A stretch of 64,000 bases of DNA from Treponemataceae bacterium (GCA_963678065.2 CAXXVZ010000002.1:448001-512000); one strand, 5' to 3'; positions 47,014-57,325 are shown, counted from the stretch's first letter. Made by a program: numbers and translations. The notes: a model not told the origin generated them from the sequence alone.

Positions 47014-47505
47014 TCAATCCCCGGACAGCGATGGCAGGTAATCCTCCAGCGCCTTGTTCACGATATCGGAATAACCGACAGGACTATGTTCGTGGGCGGG
47101 GGATTCGTTCAGCTTCTCTACCGCCGCCTTCAGGATCGTATACGTGCGGGGTCCGAATTCCACTTTTCTTTTTTCGGGAACCAGCGCCAGCTCTCCGGAC
47201 TGACGGAAGGGTTTGAAAGAACCGCCCTCCGCTTCGTTCTCCGACTCCGTTTCCGTCACCGTTCCAGCACGGGCTTTGTCGCTGTTCGCCGTTTCCGCGG
47301 AGAAATGCCGCTGCGTGCTTATGCCCAGATAGAGCGCCAGCGCATCGTTGATGACATCCGAGAGTTTTATCTTCGGGATGATGCGGAGCGGATCGCTGTT
47401 GGCACGCTCGAGAAACGCGGTCAGATGGATCCAGCAATGGGGTTCAATTCCGACAGTCATTTTTTTCGATCTTGTCCGGTGCTTCGATTCTTTCTCGCCG
47501 CCCAT
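47014..47505 (-). CDS. Tandem two-domain ribbon-helix-helix-like protein
   Basis: Two related domains ending SDVINDALALYLG and SDIVNKALEDYL; GGGGGA RBS before ATG 47505. Confidence 0.65.
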   Translation of the reverse strand: MGGEKESKHRTRSKKMTVGIEPHCWIHLTAFLERANSDPLRIIPKIKLSDVINDALALYLGISTQRHFSAETANSDKARAGTVTETESENEAEGGSFKPFRQSGELALVPEKRKVEFGPRTYTILKAAVEKLNESPAHEHSPVGYSDIVNKALEDYLPSLSGD

Positions 47506-47658
47506 GCGCTTTTCCCCCGATGTAGCCATCGTGAAACGATACGGCATCTGTATACCAGCAAGGCTGACCGGGGCGCAATGAAATTTGTCGCAATTAACCC
47601 ATTTCTCACACTGATAACTATTTGCTCATATTTCTCCGCCTCGACTCTTGTTTATGAA

Positions 47659-47704
47659 CATGCAGCATGCATATAATCAATGCATACGATGCATTGATTA
47701 TGCG
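47659..47704. promoter_or_regulatory. ATGCA-rich operator array with a 13-bp-arm perfect inverted repeat
   Basis: ATAATCAATGCAT-ACG-ATGCATTGATTAT (47673-47701); five ATGC(A/G) units within 46 bp. Confidence 0.65.
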
Positions 47705-47717
47705 AACGGAGAACGCC

Positions 47718-47990
47718 ATGAAAGACAAGAAAAAGGATTCAGAGAAAGATCCAGACCGAAAAAAACAGCAGACATCTGCCGATGCCGCGGACAATTCAGG
47801 GATTGCGGAGCCCGACGCCGATTCGAAACGGCTTCATCTTCACATAGCGCGGGCCAACTGGAAAAGGATCGAGGCCGAAATCGAGGCCTTCAACCATGAT
47901 CCCGGGCGGATAACGCCGAAAATTTCCACGGCCCACGTCATCAACAGGGCTCTTGCACGGTATTTCGGCCTCGGCGAAGGGGGAAATTGA
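47718..47990 (+). CDS. Small ribbon-helix-helix-like protein
   Basis: KRLHLHIARANWKRIEAEIEAFNHDPGRITPKISTAHVINRALARYFG; GGAG RBS. Confidence 0.68.
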   Translation: MKDKKKDSEKDPDRKKQQTSADAADNSGIAEPDADSKRLHLHIARANWKRIEAEIEAFNHDPGRITPKISTAHVINRALARYFGLGEGGN

Positions 47991-47992
47991 AA

Positions 47993-48271
47993 ATGGGCAA
48001 AAAAGATTCGCAAAAAAAAGACAAAAAGAGAACGGAGTTTGCGGAACCCTCCTCTCCCGTTCAGGATGGCGGCGACGAATCCGGGAAAAAAGCCAAGAGG
48101 GTAAACATCGACATAGCGCCGGGACTGCACAGACTTCTGAAAAACAGGGTCAGCGAGCTGAACTCCTCGCCGGAGAGCGCGACGAGACCGTTTACTCAAG
48201 CTGACGTAGTGAACGATGCCTTAGCCAGGTATTTCGGCGGTCAGGGGATCCTCAAACGGGGAGAAAGCTGA
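47993..48271 (+). CDS. Small ribbon-helix-helix-like protein
   Basis: KRVNIDIAPGLHRLLKNRVSELNSSPESATRPFTQADVVNDALARYFG; translationally coupled to the previous gene. Confidence 0.68.
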   Translation: MGKKDSQKKDKKRTEFAEPSSPVQDGGDESGKKAKRVNIDIAPGLHRLLKNRVSELNSSPESATRPFTQADVVNDALARYFGGQGILKRGES

Positions 48272-48345
48272 ACCACGGCGCGGGTTCGCTTCCCACACCT
48301 TCCCGGTTCCGACAGGCTTTCGTCCCCAACACGGCCGGCGCGCAC

Positions 48346-49203
48346 TCAGCGCTGTACGCGTTGGGTGCGTTTGAGGCGCATGGCTCCCGCTTCCAGGGCG
48401 ATCGCCACCGCGAGAATGAGCCAGGTGATGAAGCCGACTTCATGCAGGTTGAGATAGAAACCCGAAGCCATGAACAGGTCAAAACCGATTCCTCCCGCTC
48501 CGGCGGCGGCGCCCATCGCCACGGCGTTGGTAAAATTCATCTCGAAACGCATGAAGGTCCAGGAAATAATCCGGCCCATGGACGAGGGGAGGACTGCCTG
48601 TGCCACAATCTGAAGCCAGTTCGCGCCGGAAGCTCTCAAGGCTTCGATCGTTTCGCCGTCGATCTCCTCGAACGATTCCGAGTAAGCCTTGAGCAGATAG
48701 CCGAAGGAATGAAAACTCATGCCGACTATGGCGGCCACGCTTCCGAGGCCAGCCCCGATTGCGAATATGAGAACCCAGAGAACGGTCGGCACGGCGCGGA
48801 TGAAGGCCACGAAACCCTTGAGCACCGCGGACACTATCGGATTGCCGAGGTTTCTAGCGGCAGGCAATCCGAACAACAGAGCGAAAAAAGCGCCGATCAG
48901 CGTCGTGAGAAAACCGAGACACAGTGTCGCAAGGAGCGATCCCAGGGCATCGCCGAATCCGAAGTGTACTGCGGCGGGCTTGCTGATCATGAGCCAGATG
49001 TCGGAAAAAAACCTTCCTGCAGCCTTCGGCAGGTTCTGGACGCCCGCATCGAGAAGAAAAAAACCCGCGAGGGAGATGGACAGAAGTACTCCCACTGTGA
49101 GCGCGAGGGTGACTGAAGAAAGACTTGCGGTCCGGAGCGGATAGTTCCCGGCATCGAATCTTTCCGGAATTTCGGGTCGAGGCGATTTCGCGGCCTTTTT
49201 CAC
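48346..49203 (-). CDS. phnE: Phosphonate ABC permease
   Basis: FIRAVPTVLW, KAYSESFEEID..IEALRASGA, GAGGIG; GTG overlaps the upstream stop. Confidence 0.88.
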   Translation of the reverse strand: MKKAAKSPRPEIPERFDAGNYPLRTASLSSVTLALTVGVLLSISLAGFFLLDAGVQNLPKAAGRFFSDIWLMISKPAAVHFGFGDALGSLLATLCLGFLTTLIGAFFALLFGLPAARNLGNPIVSAVLKGFVAFIRAVPTVLWVLIFAIGAGLGSVAAIVGMSFHSFGYLLKAYSESFEEIDGETIEALRASGANWLQIVAQAVLPSSMGRIISWTFMRFEMNFTNAVAMGAAAGAGGIGFDLFMASGFYLNLHEVGFITWLILAVAIALEAGAMRLKRTQRVQR

Positions 49204-50000
49204 AGAATTATCCTCCGTATGGCGTTTGAAATCGTTTCGATGACAAGGACTGTCGCGACAATCGCGAGAACGACTGCGGCCGCCGAGGGATATTGCATGC
49301 TCTTGTAATAGAGGTCGAAAAGAAAACCTATGCCTGTTCCCGTCAGGATTCCGACGAGGGTTGCGTCCCTGATATTTGTCTCTACCATGTAGAGCATCCA
49401 GCTGGCCACTTGGGGCATGACGGAGGGCATGACGGCCTGGAGGATGCAAAGAAGCCAAGTCGCTCCCGTCGCCCTCATCGCTTCGACGCTGCTCTGGGCT
49501 GCCTCATCTATCGTTTCGGTAAAGGCGCGAGTCAGGTAACCGACTGTGCCGATAAAGAGCGCCAGGAACCCGGTCAGAACGCTCTGGCCAAAGGACAGAA
49601 GAAAAATCATCGCCCAGGCGACCACGGGTATGTTTCTGCACAGGGACGAGAAGAGACGGACCGGGAGGGAAAAGGCGGGATGGGGTCTTGTGGTCTGCGA
49701 GGAAATGATCGCAAGCACGATGGCGACCGCCGCCGATGCGACGCTCGCCATCACGGAAACGAGAATTGTTTCCCCCAGTCTTGTCAGGATTTTGGGAAGA
49801 TTTGCGAGAGCCTTCGAATCCGGCACGAAATTCCGGGCCATCCACGAGATGGCCTTCGGGAAAGACTCCAGTCCTTTCAAGAAATCGAAATCCACGATGA
49901 CAGACGAGACTGATGCGAGAAGGGAGACGACCGCGAGTCCGGAAAAAAAGATGAGGTTGCGCCTGAAGAGGATGTTTTTCACCGTCAGGGCGGAGTTCAT
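49200..50000 (-). CDS. phnE: Phosphonate ABC permease
   Basis: RNIPVVAWA, ETIDE...VEAMRATGA, ETNIRDATLVG..GTGIG. Confidence 0.88.
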   Translation of the reverse strand: MNSALTVKNILFRRNLIFFSGLAVVSLLASVSSVIVDFDFLKGLESFPKAISWMARNFVPDSKALANLPKILTRLGETILVSVMASVASAAVAIVLAIISSQTTRPHPAFSLPVRLFSSLCRNIPVVAWAMIFLLSFGQSVLTGFLALFIGTVGYLTRAFTETIDEAAQSSVEAMRATGATWLLCILQAVMPSVMPQVASWMLYMVETNIRDATLVGILTGTGIGFLFDLYYKSMQYPSAAAVVLAIVATVLVIETISNAIRRIIL

Positions 50001-50770
50001 TCAGCCGAGTCCCCGTAGAGTATGTCGTCCGCGTCCGAACCGTAGATCTCCGCGACCGCCTTCCGTTTCAGTTTGCCGGGCTCTCCGTCGAAAACCATCT
50101 TCCCTTCGCGGATTCCGATCACGCGGTCCGAGTATTTGACGGCTACGTCGACCTGATGGAGGTTCATGAGTATGGTGATGCCTGTCTTCCTGGAAATATG
50201 GTGCAGGTGATCCATGATGACCTTGGCGGAGCCCGGATCGAGCGAGGCGATGGGCTCATCGCAGAGAATGAGGCGGGGATCCTGAACAAGGGCCCTCGCT
50301 ATGCCCACCCGTTGTTTCTGCCCGCCCGAGAGCTGGTCGCAGCGTTTGTGGAGCTGATCCCGGAGTCCGAGCTCGCAGATAATGTCGTAGGCTCTGATCT
50401 TTTCCTCATGCGTGTAGATGCCGAGCGATCCTTCCAGTGTCGATTTGTAGCCAAGCCTTCCATGCAGGACATTTTCGGCGACAGTCTGTCGCGGCACGAG
50501 ATTGAAGTGCTGGAAAATCATACCGATCCTCGTTCGGACACGGCGCAGCCCGGCGCCGCGCTGGGCCCGGACATTGTCCCCGTCAAAGAGGATTGTCCCG
50601 GAACTGGCCTCTATCATCCGGTTGACGCAGCGCAGAAGTGTCGATTTGCCCGCGCCCGAGCGGCCGATCACCGAAACGAATTCTCCCGCCTTCACCTTGA
50701 GGCTCACGTCCTCGAGAGCGCGGACATCCTTGTAATACTTGGTCAGATTCTGTATCTGGAGAATCGGCAT
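49997..50770 (-). CDS. phnC: Phosphonate ABC ATPase
   Basis: GRSGAGKST, GMIFQHFNLV, LSGGQKQRVGIARAL, DEPIASLDP, NLHQV. Confidence 0.93.
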   Translation of the reverse strand: MPILQIQNLTKYYKDVRALEDVSLKVKAGEFVSVIGRSGAGKSTLLRCVNRMIEASSGTILFDGDNVRAQRGAGLRRVRTRIGMIFQHFNLVPRQTVAENVLHGRLGYKSTLEGSLGIYTHEEKIRAYDIICELGLRDQLHKRCDQLSGGQKQRVGIARALVQDPRLILCDEPIASLDPGSAKVIMDHLHHISRKTGITILMNLHQVDVAVKYSDRVIGIREGKMVFDGEPGKLKRKAVAEIYGSDADDILYGDSAE

Positions 50771-50842
50771 CGGCCCTCCCGTATCGCGGACGAAATCAGG
50801 CTCCGGAGCCAGAACGCATCCGGACACCCGATTTCGCTTTGG

Positions 50843-51877
50843 TTACTTCATGAGTTCGCGGATATCGTCATACCAGGACGCTTCCACGTTCAGGAACCGT
50901 TCGTTCGCGGTTTTCTTGAACAGTCCCTTGTAAGGCTTTCCGCTGGCATCGGTGTATCCTGCGGGCGTGAATATGGCGGGGTTGGCGGCGGTCTCCGCGG
51001 AGGTGAAGGCGGCCCGGAGCGCGGCGAATTCAGCTGAAGAAATCTGGTCCATATTCACAATGAGCGGGGCCTGGCGCACCGCGATGGACTTGAGGATGGT
51101 GAACGACGCGCCAGGAACGTTGTCGAAGGGGGCTGCGGCTCCGGCCTTGGTTCTATAGACCGCGCCGGCGACATTGTGGACGCCGGAGACGAGATCGAAG
51201 TAGGAATCGACATCGATATCATCGACGGCGCAGACATCGGCTTTCCCCGAAAGCACATTGTAGATGGAACCCTGGTGGCTCTGTCCGAATACGACCTTTC
51301 CAAAGAATTTGTCCGGCCCGCCTTCGAGGAAGAGGTCTTCGGTCTTGACGTTCTCGTCCCACTTCATCTGCGCCGCGAAGATTGACTTCAGCATGGCGGC
51401 GGGGATGACGAAACCCGAAGTCGAACTCGACGACACGAAAGACATTGTCTTTCCCTTGATTCCGTCGAGAGTGTAGGTCTTGCCGTTCAGGTACTTTGGA
51501 GCATCCGCGGTACGGACGGCGACGCGGCTGTAGTAGACCGAATCATCGAGCGTGCCCTTGGGGCTCGAAATGGTGACGAGGGGAACGACTTTCGGATTCT
51601 TCACGGACGCCTGGATGTAGCCGACGGCGCCCGGATAGGCGATAGCGGCGTTTCCGCTGGCGATCGCCTCGATGGCGATGACGTAATCGGTGGTCAGCTT
51701 GTCCACGACAGGTCTTCCCGTCGCCTTCGAGATGAGGTCGTTGAGCGCCTGGCGCGCGGACTTCCAGTCTTCGCCGGAATTGTTCGGATACCAGACGACA
51801 GTGAGAGGCTTAGGCGCGGCAAATGCCGTCGTCGCGCCGAGCAGCGCAATCAGGACAAGGACAATCGCTCTCTTCAT
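50843..51877 (-). CDS. phnD: Phosphonate-binding protein
   Basis: Signal peptide; TTDY, YYS, FVSSSSTSGF..P, GQSHQGS, WYDDIR. Confidence 0.88.
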   Translation of the reverse strand: MKRAIVLVLIALLGATTAFAAPKPLTVVWYPNNSGEDWKSARQALNDLISKATGRPVVDKLTTDYVIAIEAIASGNAAIAYPGAVGYIQASVKNPKVVPLVTISSPKGTLDDSVYYSRVAVRTADAPKYLNGKTYTLDGIKGKTMSFVSSSSTSGFVIPAAMLKSIFAAQMKWDENVKTEDLFLEGGPDKFFGKVVFGQSHQGSIYNVLSGKADVCAVDDIDVDSYFDLVSGVHNVAGAVYRTKAGAAAPFDNVPGASFTILKSIAVRQAPLIVNMDQISSAEFAALRAAFTSAETAANPAIFTPAGYTDASGKPYKGLFKKTANERFLNVEASWYDDIRELMK

Positions 51878-52007
51878 GTTTTCCCTCCGGAATCATTGGT
51901 CGACTCGGGAGTGTTCGGCGCCGCGTGCGGTCCCTGCGCTCCCGTCACCAGCTTGGAACAGGACTGTCAGGTTTACGAGGGATTCGGATAAGAAAAGCGG
52001 CAGAAGT

Positions 52008-52871
52008 TCATGAGCGCCCCGTAAGCGCAACGGAAGGGTTGCGGGGCCTGAGCCTTGCTCCGACTCCGGCCGGGGCGATGATCTCCCCCATGGAGTGTTC
52101 TGAACCGAACACTCCGTGATTGTCGCTGCCACCCGTCAGGATGAGATGGGGGTGGCGGGCCTTGGCTTTGCGGACAAGCCTGCGGTGCGTGCCGTCGTGG
52201 TCTTCGTGGAACAGCTCTATGCCGTCCAGTCCCGCATCGACGAGTTCGTCGATGATGTCCCAGGAATCGAGCTGCCCGGGATGGGCCAGTATCGCATAAC
52301 CTCCGTCTTCTCTGACCGCGCGCACCGCACCGAAAACATCTGCGTACACGATTTCCAGATCGCAAATTCCACCGTTTTTGAATATTTTCCTGTATGTCTC
52401 CCCATAGTAGCCGTCCGCCAGTTTCTTCCCGCAGAGCAGGGCCATTATGTGCTGCTTGTAGAGCGTCGCCGCGCTTCCCGCAGCATTTCCCGCCTCCCGC
52501 CTGACTTCTTCCACGCTGACCGGATAGCCGGCCGCCCGCAGGATGCCGATTTGCGCAACCGTCATCGCGTCACGGGCTCTGAGAATGGGATCGCAGAGTT
52601 TCCTGATCGCCGGGGCCGGGAGGGTGTATGAGTATCCGAGAATGTGGACTTTCCGCGATCGGCGGAAATCGTAGGCTGATATTTCCACACCGGGGATTAC
52701 CTGAATGCCGAGAGCGGGACCGAGGGCGAGGGCTTCGGCCGTGCCCGCTGTCGTGTCGTGATCGACGAAGGAAACGCAATCGAGACCGCGCTTCTTCGCT
52801 TCGGCGAGAGCTTCGGGCACGGACATGGATCCGTCCGAATGGCGGGTGTGTATGTGAAGATCCGCCGCCAT
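52008..52871 (-). CDS. PHP-family phosphoesterase (PhnPP-like cyclic phosphate hydrolase)
   Basis: DLHIHT..SDG, DHDT, GVEIS, HILGY, LAHPG, GGSDNHG; located inside the phn operon. Confidence 0.8.
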   Translation of the reverse strand: MAADLHIHTRHSDGSMSVPEALAEAKKRGLDCVSFVDHDTTAGTAEALALGPALGIQVIPGVEISAYDFRRSRKVHILGYSYTLPAPAIRKLCDPILRARDAMTVAQIGILRAAGYPVSVEEVRREAGNAAGSAATLYKQHIMALLCGKKLADGYYGETYRKIFKNGGICDLEIVYADVFGAVRAVREDGGYAILAHPGQLDSWDIIDELVDAGLDGIELFHEDHDGTHRRLVRKAKARHPHLILTGGSDNHGVFGSEHSMGEIIAPAGVGARLRPRNPSVALTGRS

Positions 52872-52872
52872 G

Positions 52873-53592
52873 TCAGTCCGCCCCATCCCGGTCATCCGTG
52901 AATCGCCCCGTATTCATGCTGTAGACTTTGTCGCACAGTCCCTGCATGAACTCGAGATCGTGGAAAATGCCGAGCATCGTCGTGCCATCCCGTTTCAGCT
53001 GCTCGATGAGGACCCGCACCTTCGCCTTCGCATGCCGGTCCAGGCTCGCCGTCGGCTCGTCGAGAAGGAGAAACCTCGGATGCTTGACCATGGCCCGCGC
53101 GATGTTGAGCCGCAGTTTTTCTCCTCCGGAAAATGTCGACGCGTAGCTGTCCCAGAGTTCGCGGTCGAGCTCGAAATGGGAGAGCATGGCTTCGGCCTCC
53201 ATGCGGGCTTCGGATGCGGAACGCCCTGTCCCGAGAACGGCCGTCTCGATGGTTTCCCTCGCCGTCGTCCGCGGCAGCAGATCGAGAAACTGACTTACGT
53301 GGGCGATCTCGTGCCTGCGCAGGTACACTATCTGACGTTCGTCCGCCTTGAAGAGGTCGATCTTTCCGAAACGGGCCGAGTCGTACATCACGCTTCCTTC
53401 CTGGGGGACATAGGTCCTGTAGATCAGCTTCAGGATGGTCGATTTCCCCGAACCGCTGCGTCCCGTGATGCCGACAAACTCTCCTTTCGGAAGGTCGAAG
53501 CTGATCCCCGAGCAGGCGCGGATGTGTTTCCCGAGCTGGTGGAAGGTGAAGGACTTGCCGATGGAATCGACCTTGAGTACGCAGCCGTTCAC
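52873..53592 (-). CDS. phnL: C-P lyase PhnL ATPase
   Basis: [50 protein letters not shown]. Confidence 0.93.
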   Translation of the reverse strand: MNGCVLKVDSIGKSFTFHQLGKHIRACSGISFDLPKGEFVGITGRSGSGKSTILKLIYRTYVPQEGSVMYDSARFGKIDLFKADERQIVYLRRHEIAHVSQFLDLLPRTTARETIETAVLGTGRSASEARMEAEAMLSHFELDRELWDSYASTFSGGEKLRLNIARAMVKHPRFLLLDEPTASLDRHAKAKVRVLIEQLKRDGTTMLGIFHDLEFMQGLCDKVYSMNTGRFTDDRDGAD

Positions 53593-54350
53593 CGGGCGCC
53601 CCTCTTCCCATCGGCGTCTCCGCCATCCACATCCCCGGCGCGGCCGCCACAGGCGTCGTTGTCGTTGTCGTTGTCCCAGCCGCCGTAGAGACAGATGAAA
53701 TCTTCCACGCCGCCGCAGAAATCCTTCAGTCGTTCATGGATCGTCCGGTGTTCCCAGTTCCACCATGCAATGAGGGATAAGGTATGCCGCACCGGTTCGG
53801 GAAAACGGTATTTCACGAGTCGGGCCGGAACGCCAACGGCGATTCCGTATGCCGGAAGATCCCTTGTAAGGACGGCACCCGCGCCGACGACAGCCCCGTC
53901 CCCGACCTTCACTCCAGGCATGATTATGGCCCCGTGTCCTATCCAGGTGTCGTGGCCGATGCGCGTCACCTGTTCCTCTCTCCAGGAAAAGAACTCCGCA
54001 TCATCCACGTCGCCGAATCCGTAGCGGGCTCGCCTGTAGGTAAAATGGTGGAGCGTAGGCCTATCCATCGGATGACGTGTCGGCCCGATTCTCACAGCCG
54101 CGGCGATATTGGAAAACTTTCCGATAACGGCGTTCTGGATGCAGCAGTTCGGGCCAGTGTAGGAATAAGCCCCCATGCTCACGTTCTCAAAGACATTGTG
54201 CTCTCCGATCTCGGTGTAGGCTCCGAGCTCCACATTCTTCATGCTCGCCGTATCGCTGATGAAAGGTTCTTCCGAGAGGCGAACGTCATCGCGCTTTTCC
54301 ATGCCCATGTCGGTCCTCGCACGTGTATCGGTGCGCACGTTTATATCCAC
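53589..54350 (-). CDS. Hexapeptide-repeat acetyltransferase, phosphonate-operon associated
   Basis: [12 protein letters not shown]...[29 protein letters not shown]. Start uncertain. Confidence 0.85.
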   Translation of the reverse strand: MDINVRTDTRARTDMGMEKRDDVRLSEEPFISDTASMKNVELGAYTEIGEHNVFENVSMGAYSYTGPNCCIQNAVIGKFSNIAAAVRIGPTRHPMDRPTLHHFTYRRARYGFGDVDDAEFFSWREEQVTRIGHDTWIGHGAIIMPGVKVGDGAVVGAGAVLTRDLPAYGIAVGVPARLVKYRFPEPVRHTLSLIAWWNWEHRTIHERLKDFCGGVEDFICLYGGWDNDNDNDACGGRAGDVDGGDADGKRGAR

Positions 54351-54352
54351 GC

Positions 54353-55528
54353 TCAGGTCCTGTATCCGGTGGCAAGAATCCTGCGTCCATCGACGAAGAC
54401 CGAAGTGATGACAGGAAAATCCCCGTCCACGGTTTCGACGATGAGGAGATCAGCCTTTTTGCCGGTTTCGATCGAGCCCAGCTCCCTGTCCATGCGGACG
54501 GCGCGGGCCGGATTCAGGGTGACGAGTCTGGTCAGGAATGGCAGCCCGAGTCCGTCTTCCCTGCTCAGCAGGAATATCGCGTGCAGCATCGCGGCCGGGT
54601 AATAATCGGAGCACAGGATGTCCACACAACCGTCGAGGATCGCCGTCCTCGCGCCGAGGTTGCCGGAATGGGATCCCCCGAGAAGGACGTTGGGAGCGCC
54701 CGCCACCGTGTGCATCCCCCTGCGTTTCGCCTCTCTGGCCGTTTCAAGCGTAACGGGGAACTCGCTGATAGTGGCGCCGAATTCCATGACGAGGGCAATT
54801 TTTTCGACACTGTCGTCGTCATGGGAAGCGATCGCCACGCCGCGCGATTCAGCAAGTTCGACCAGAGCCCGGATTTCGCGGAGGGTCAGCTTGGCGCTGT
54901 TCCGCGTTGTCTCGATGAGCTCGTCGACCTGGCTTTCAGTGAGGTCGCGATAGCCGAGCAGGGTTTTGCGGAACACCTCGAGATCGCGATACTGTCCCTG
55001 CCCCGGCGAATGGTCCATGAAGGAGACGAGATGGACCTTCCCATCCCGCAGGTAGCCCGCGAGTTCTTCTGTCCGCGCGAGATTGTCTATCTCGAAGCGG
55101 GCGTGAAAGCGGTGGCGGATGAGGTGGCGCGATGCGTGCGTCGCGTCGATGAGATCGATGAAGCGCCGCGTGTTTGCCGGGTCGCGTATCGGTTTCGTGT
55201 CGAAGACCGGCTGGTTGTACAGCGAGAGGGAATGAAAGGTCGTCGTGATTCCGTGCGTGGCCAGCTCCCGTTCGGCCTCGCGGAGGCTCAGCCGGAAATC
55301 CATGAGACTCGTGGGGCGCGGGGCGGCCATGTGCTCGATATAGTCGGAATGGATGTCGATGAAGCCGGGGAGGACATACCCATTTCTCGCGTCCGTCACC
55401 GCCCCGAGGCCGGCTTCATGATTCCCCCGCGGCAGGATCGCATGAATCGTATCGCCCTCGATGATCAGGTCCCTGCCCTCAAGGACTCTGTCCTCCATGA
55501 CGATCCTGCCGTTCGTGATTACATGCAT
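54353..55528 (-). CDS. phnM: Ribose 1-methylphosphonate 5-triphosphate diphosphatase
   Basis: [53 protein letters not shown]. Confidence 0.95.
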   Translation of the reverse strand: MHVITNGRIVMEDRVLEGRDLIIEGDTIHAILPRGNHEAGLGAVTDARNGYVLPGFIDIHSDYIEHMAAPRPTSLMDFRLSLREAERELATHGITTTFHSLSLYNQPVFDTKPIRDPANTRRFIDLIDATHASRHLIRHRFHARFEIDNLARTEELAGYLRDGKVHLVSFMDHSPGQGQYRDLEVFRKTLLGYRDLTESQVDELIETTRNSAKLTLREIRALVELAESRGVAIASHDDDSVEKIALVMEFGATISEFPVTLETAREAKRRGMHTVAGAPNVLLGGSHSGNLGARTAILDGCVDILCSDYYPAAMLHAIFLLSREDGLGLPFLTRLVTLNPARAVRMDRELGSIETGKKADLLIVETVDGDFPVITSVFVDGRRILATGYRT

Positions 55529-55538
55529 TGTCGCTTCC

Positions 55539-56441
55539 TTACAGCATTGAATGGACCAATTCCTGGGTGTAAGGATGCTGAGGATCCTCCAGGATCTGGT
55601 CGGTGAGACCGCGTTCAACGATGACCCCGTTCAGCATGACGAGGGTTCTGTCCGCCAGCATCCGGATGACGCCGAGGTCATGCGACACCAGGAGGATACT
55701 GATACCCGATTCCCTCTGGATCTGTTTGATGAGGTCGAGAACTTTCGCCTGAACCGATACGTCGAGCCCTGTCGTCACTTCGTCGAGAAGCAAAACGGGC
55801 GGATTGGTGGAGAGTGCCTTGGCTATCTGCACGCGCTGTTGCATGCCGCCCGAAAAATTCACGGGCGCATCCTTCATGCGGAATCGCGGAATGTTGACAT
55901 AATCCAGAAGGTCGATTGCACGTTTTTCCATGACGCCGACATTGCGTTTCCCGGCCGCGATCTGTCTCTCCGCGATGTTGGAAACTGACGAGAACCGCAT
56001 TCTGAGCCCCAGGACAGGATTCTGGTAGACCTTGCCGAAAATAGTGTTCCGTATCTGGCGGCGCATCTGGGAGGAGAGGGCAAAGATATCCCTGTCTCCA
56101 TCCCCGACTTCCGAGATGAAGGCGCGCCCCGAACTCGGTTCCATATCAAAAAAAAGACAGTTGAGGATTGTGGATTTTCCGGAACCGGACTCGCCGACAA
56201 TCCCGAGGACTTCCCCGGCATACAGTTCAAGAGAAATGCCTCTCAGGGCATGGACTGTCCCGCATGCCGGGCAATAATTGCGGTCCAGACGCTCACCGAC
56301 TGCCGCGACACCGTGTGCGAGCATATCGCCGCCAGTCAGGGTACCGCCCGCGACAGCCTCTCTTGCGCAGCGGGGACATCCCGGGCCAAAACGTTTGCAC
56401 AGGGACTCCACTCTCAGCACGATTTCGCCTGCCCCGCTCAC
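55539..56441 (-). CDS. phnK: C-P lyase PhnK
   Basis: GIVGESGSGKS, FSGGMQQRVQIAKAL, LDEVTTGLD.SVQA, LTDQILEDPQHPYTQ. Confidence 0.93.
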   Translation of the reverse strand: MSGAGEIVLRVESLCKRFGPGCPRCAREAVAGGTLTGGDMLAHGVAAVGERLDRNYCPACGTVHALRGISLELYAGEVLGIVGESGSGKSTILNCLFFDMEPSSGRAFISEVGDGDRDIFALSSQMRRQIRNTIFGKVYQNPVLGLRMRFSSVSNIAERQIAAGKRNVGVMEKRAIDLLDYVNIPRFRMKDAPVNFSGGMQQRVQIAKALSTNPPVLLLDEVTTGLDVSVQAKVLDLIKQIQRESGISILLVSHDLGVIRMLADRTLVMLNGVIVERGLTDQILEDPQHPYTQELVHSML

Positions 56442-57325
56442 AAAAGAGCTTCCCCGGGCTCCGCGGCGGCGCGGGAGCCCGCAATCGCGCGTGCCCTCAT
56501 GCCTGCGCAGAATCCCGTATCGTTGCACTGGTACCGTGCCTCGCCCGAAACAGGGTCGACAAGTTCGTCCAGGAAAACTCCCTCGGAGCCGCACAGGGAG
56601 CAGCGCCTGCCCTGAAACCTTTCGACTTCGAAGGGGTGATCCTCGAAATCGAGAGAAACGACATCGGTGTGCGGCGGCACCGCGTAGATTTTCTTTTCCC
56701 GTCCGGCGCCGAGGAGGATGAGGGCTTCCGATCTGTGCATTTTCGGATTGTCGAAACGCGGGATCGGGCTCGGCGCCATGATGTAGCGCCCGTGAGTTGT
56801 GACGGGATGGTCGGCGCCCGAGGAAACCCGGCCGTATCTCATGATCTCCTCGAATAGCGCAAGATAGGCTCCGGAATATTCCTTTTCAGCGTGAAGCCTC
56901 TTCGTGACGCTTTCGCTCGGTTCCACAAATCGCAGCGGTTCGGGAGTCGGAACCTGGAGCACGAGGATCTGGTCACTTCTCAAGGGCGTTTCGGGTATCC
57001 TGTGCCTGGATTGAATGATACTGGCCTCCGCGGTGTCGTCCGTCGTCGATATCCCCGTCGTGCCCGCGACCAGCTTCTTGATGCTCACGGCGTTGACGGA
57101 TTCATCCGAGCCCTGGTCGATCACCTTGAGCACGTCGTCCTTTCCGATCAGGGACAATGTGATCTGGAGTCCGCCCGTTCCCCAACCCCTGGCGACGGGC
57201 ATTTCGCGCGAGGCGAAAGGGACTTGGTAACCCGGTATGGCGATAGCCTTCAGAATGCTGCGCCTGATTTCGCGTTTGGAGCCTTCGTCGAAAAAGGCGA
57301 AATTGTAGAGTGACCTGTCTGTCAT
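56438..57325 (-). CDS. phnJ: C-P lyase radical SAM subunit
   Basis: IPGYQVPFASREMP..RGWGTGG, QSRHRIPE, GAGREKKIYAVPP, CSLCG...CNDTGFC. Confidence 0.97.
   Translation of the reverse strand: MTDRSLYNFAFFDEGSKREIRRSILKAIAIPGYQVPFASREMPVARGWGTGGLQITLSLIGKDDVLKVIDQGSDESVNAVSIKKLVAGTTGISTTDDTAEASIIQSRHRIPETPLRSDQILVLQVPTPEPLRFVEPSESVTKRLHAEKEYSGAYLALFEEIMRYGRVSSGADHPVTTHGRYIMAPSPIPRFDNPKMHRSEALILLGAGREKKIYAVPPHTDVVSLDFEDHPFEVERFQGRRCSLCGSEGVFLDELVDPVSGEARYQCNDTGFCAGMRARAIAGSRAAAEPGEALL

Noticed and set aside
47014..48271. Toxin-antitoxin or plasmid partition locus
   Set aside because: All three products are the same RHH-like type. No toxin fold, ParA ATPase or replicon gene is adjacent, and the PIN-PhoH gene is over 5 kb away.
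53655..53675. (GTCGTT)n microsatellite giving DNDNDND
   Set aside because: Three in-frame units in a low-complexity C-terminal tail; no sign of function.
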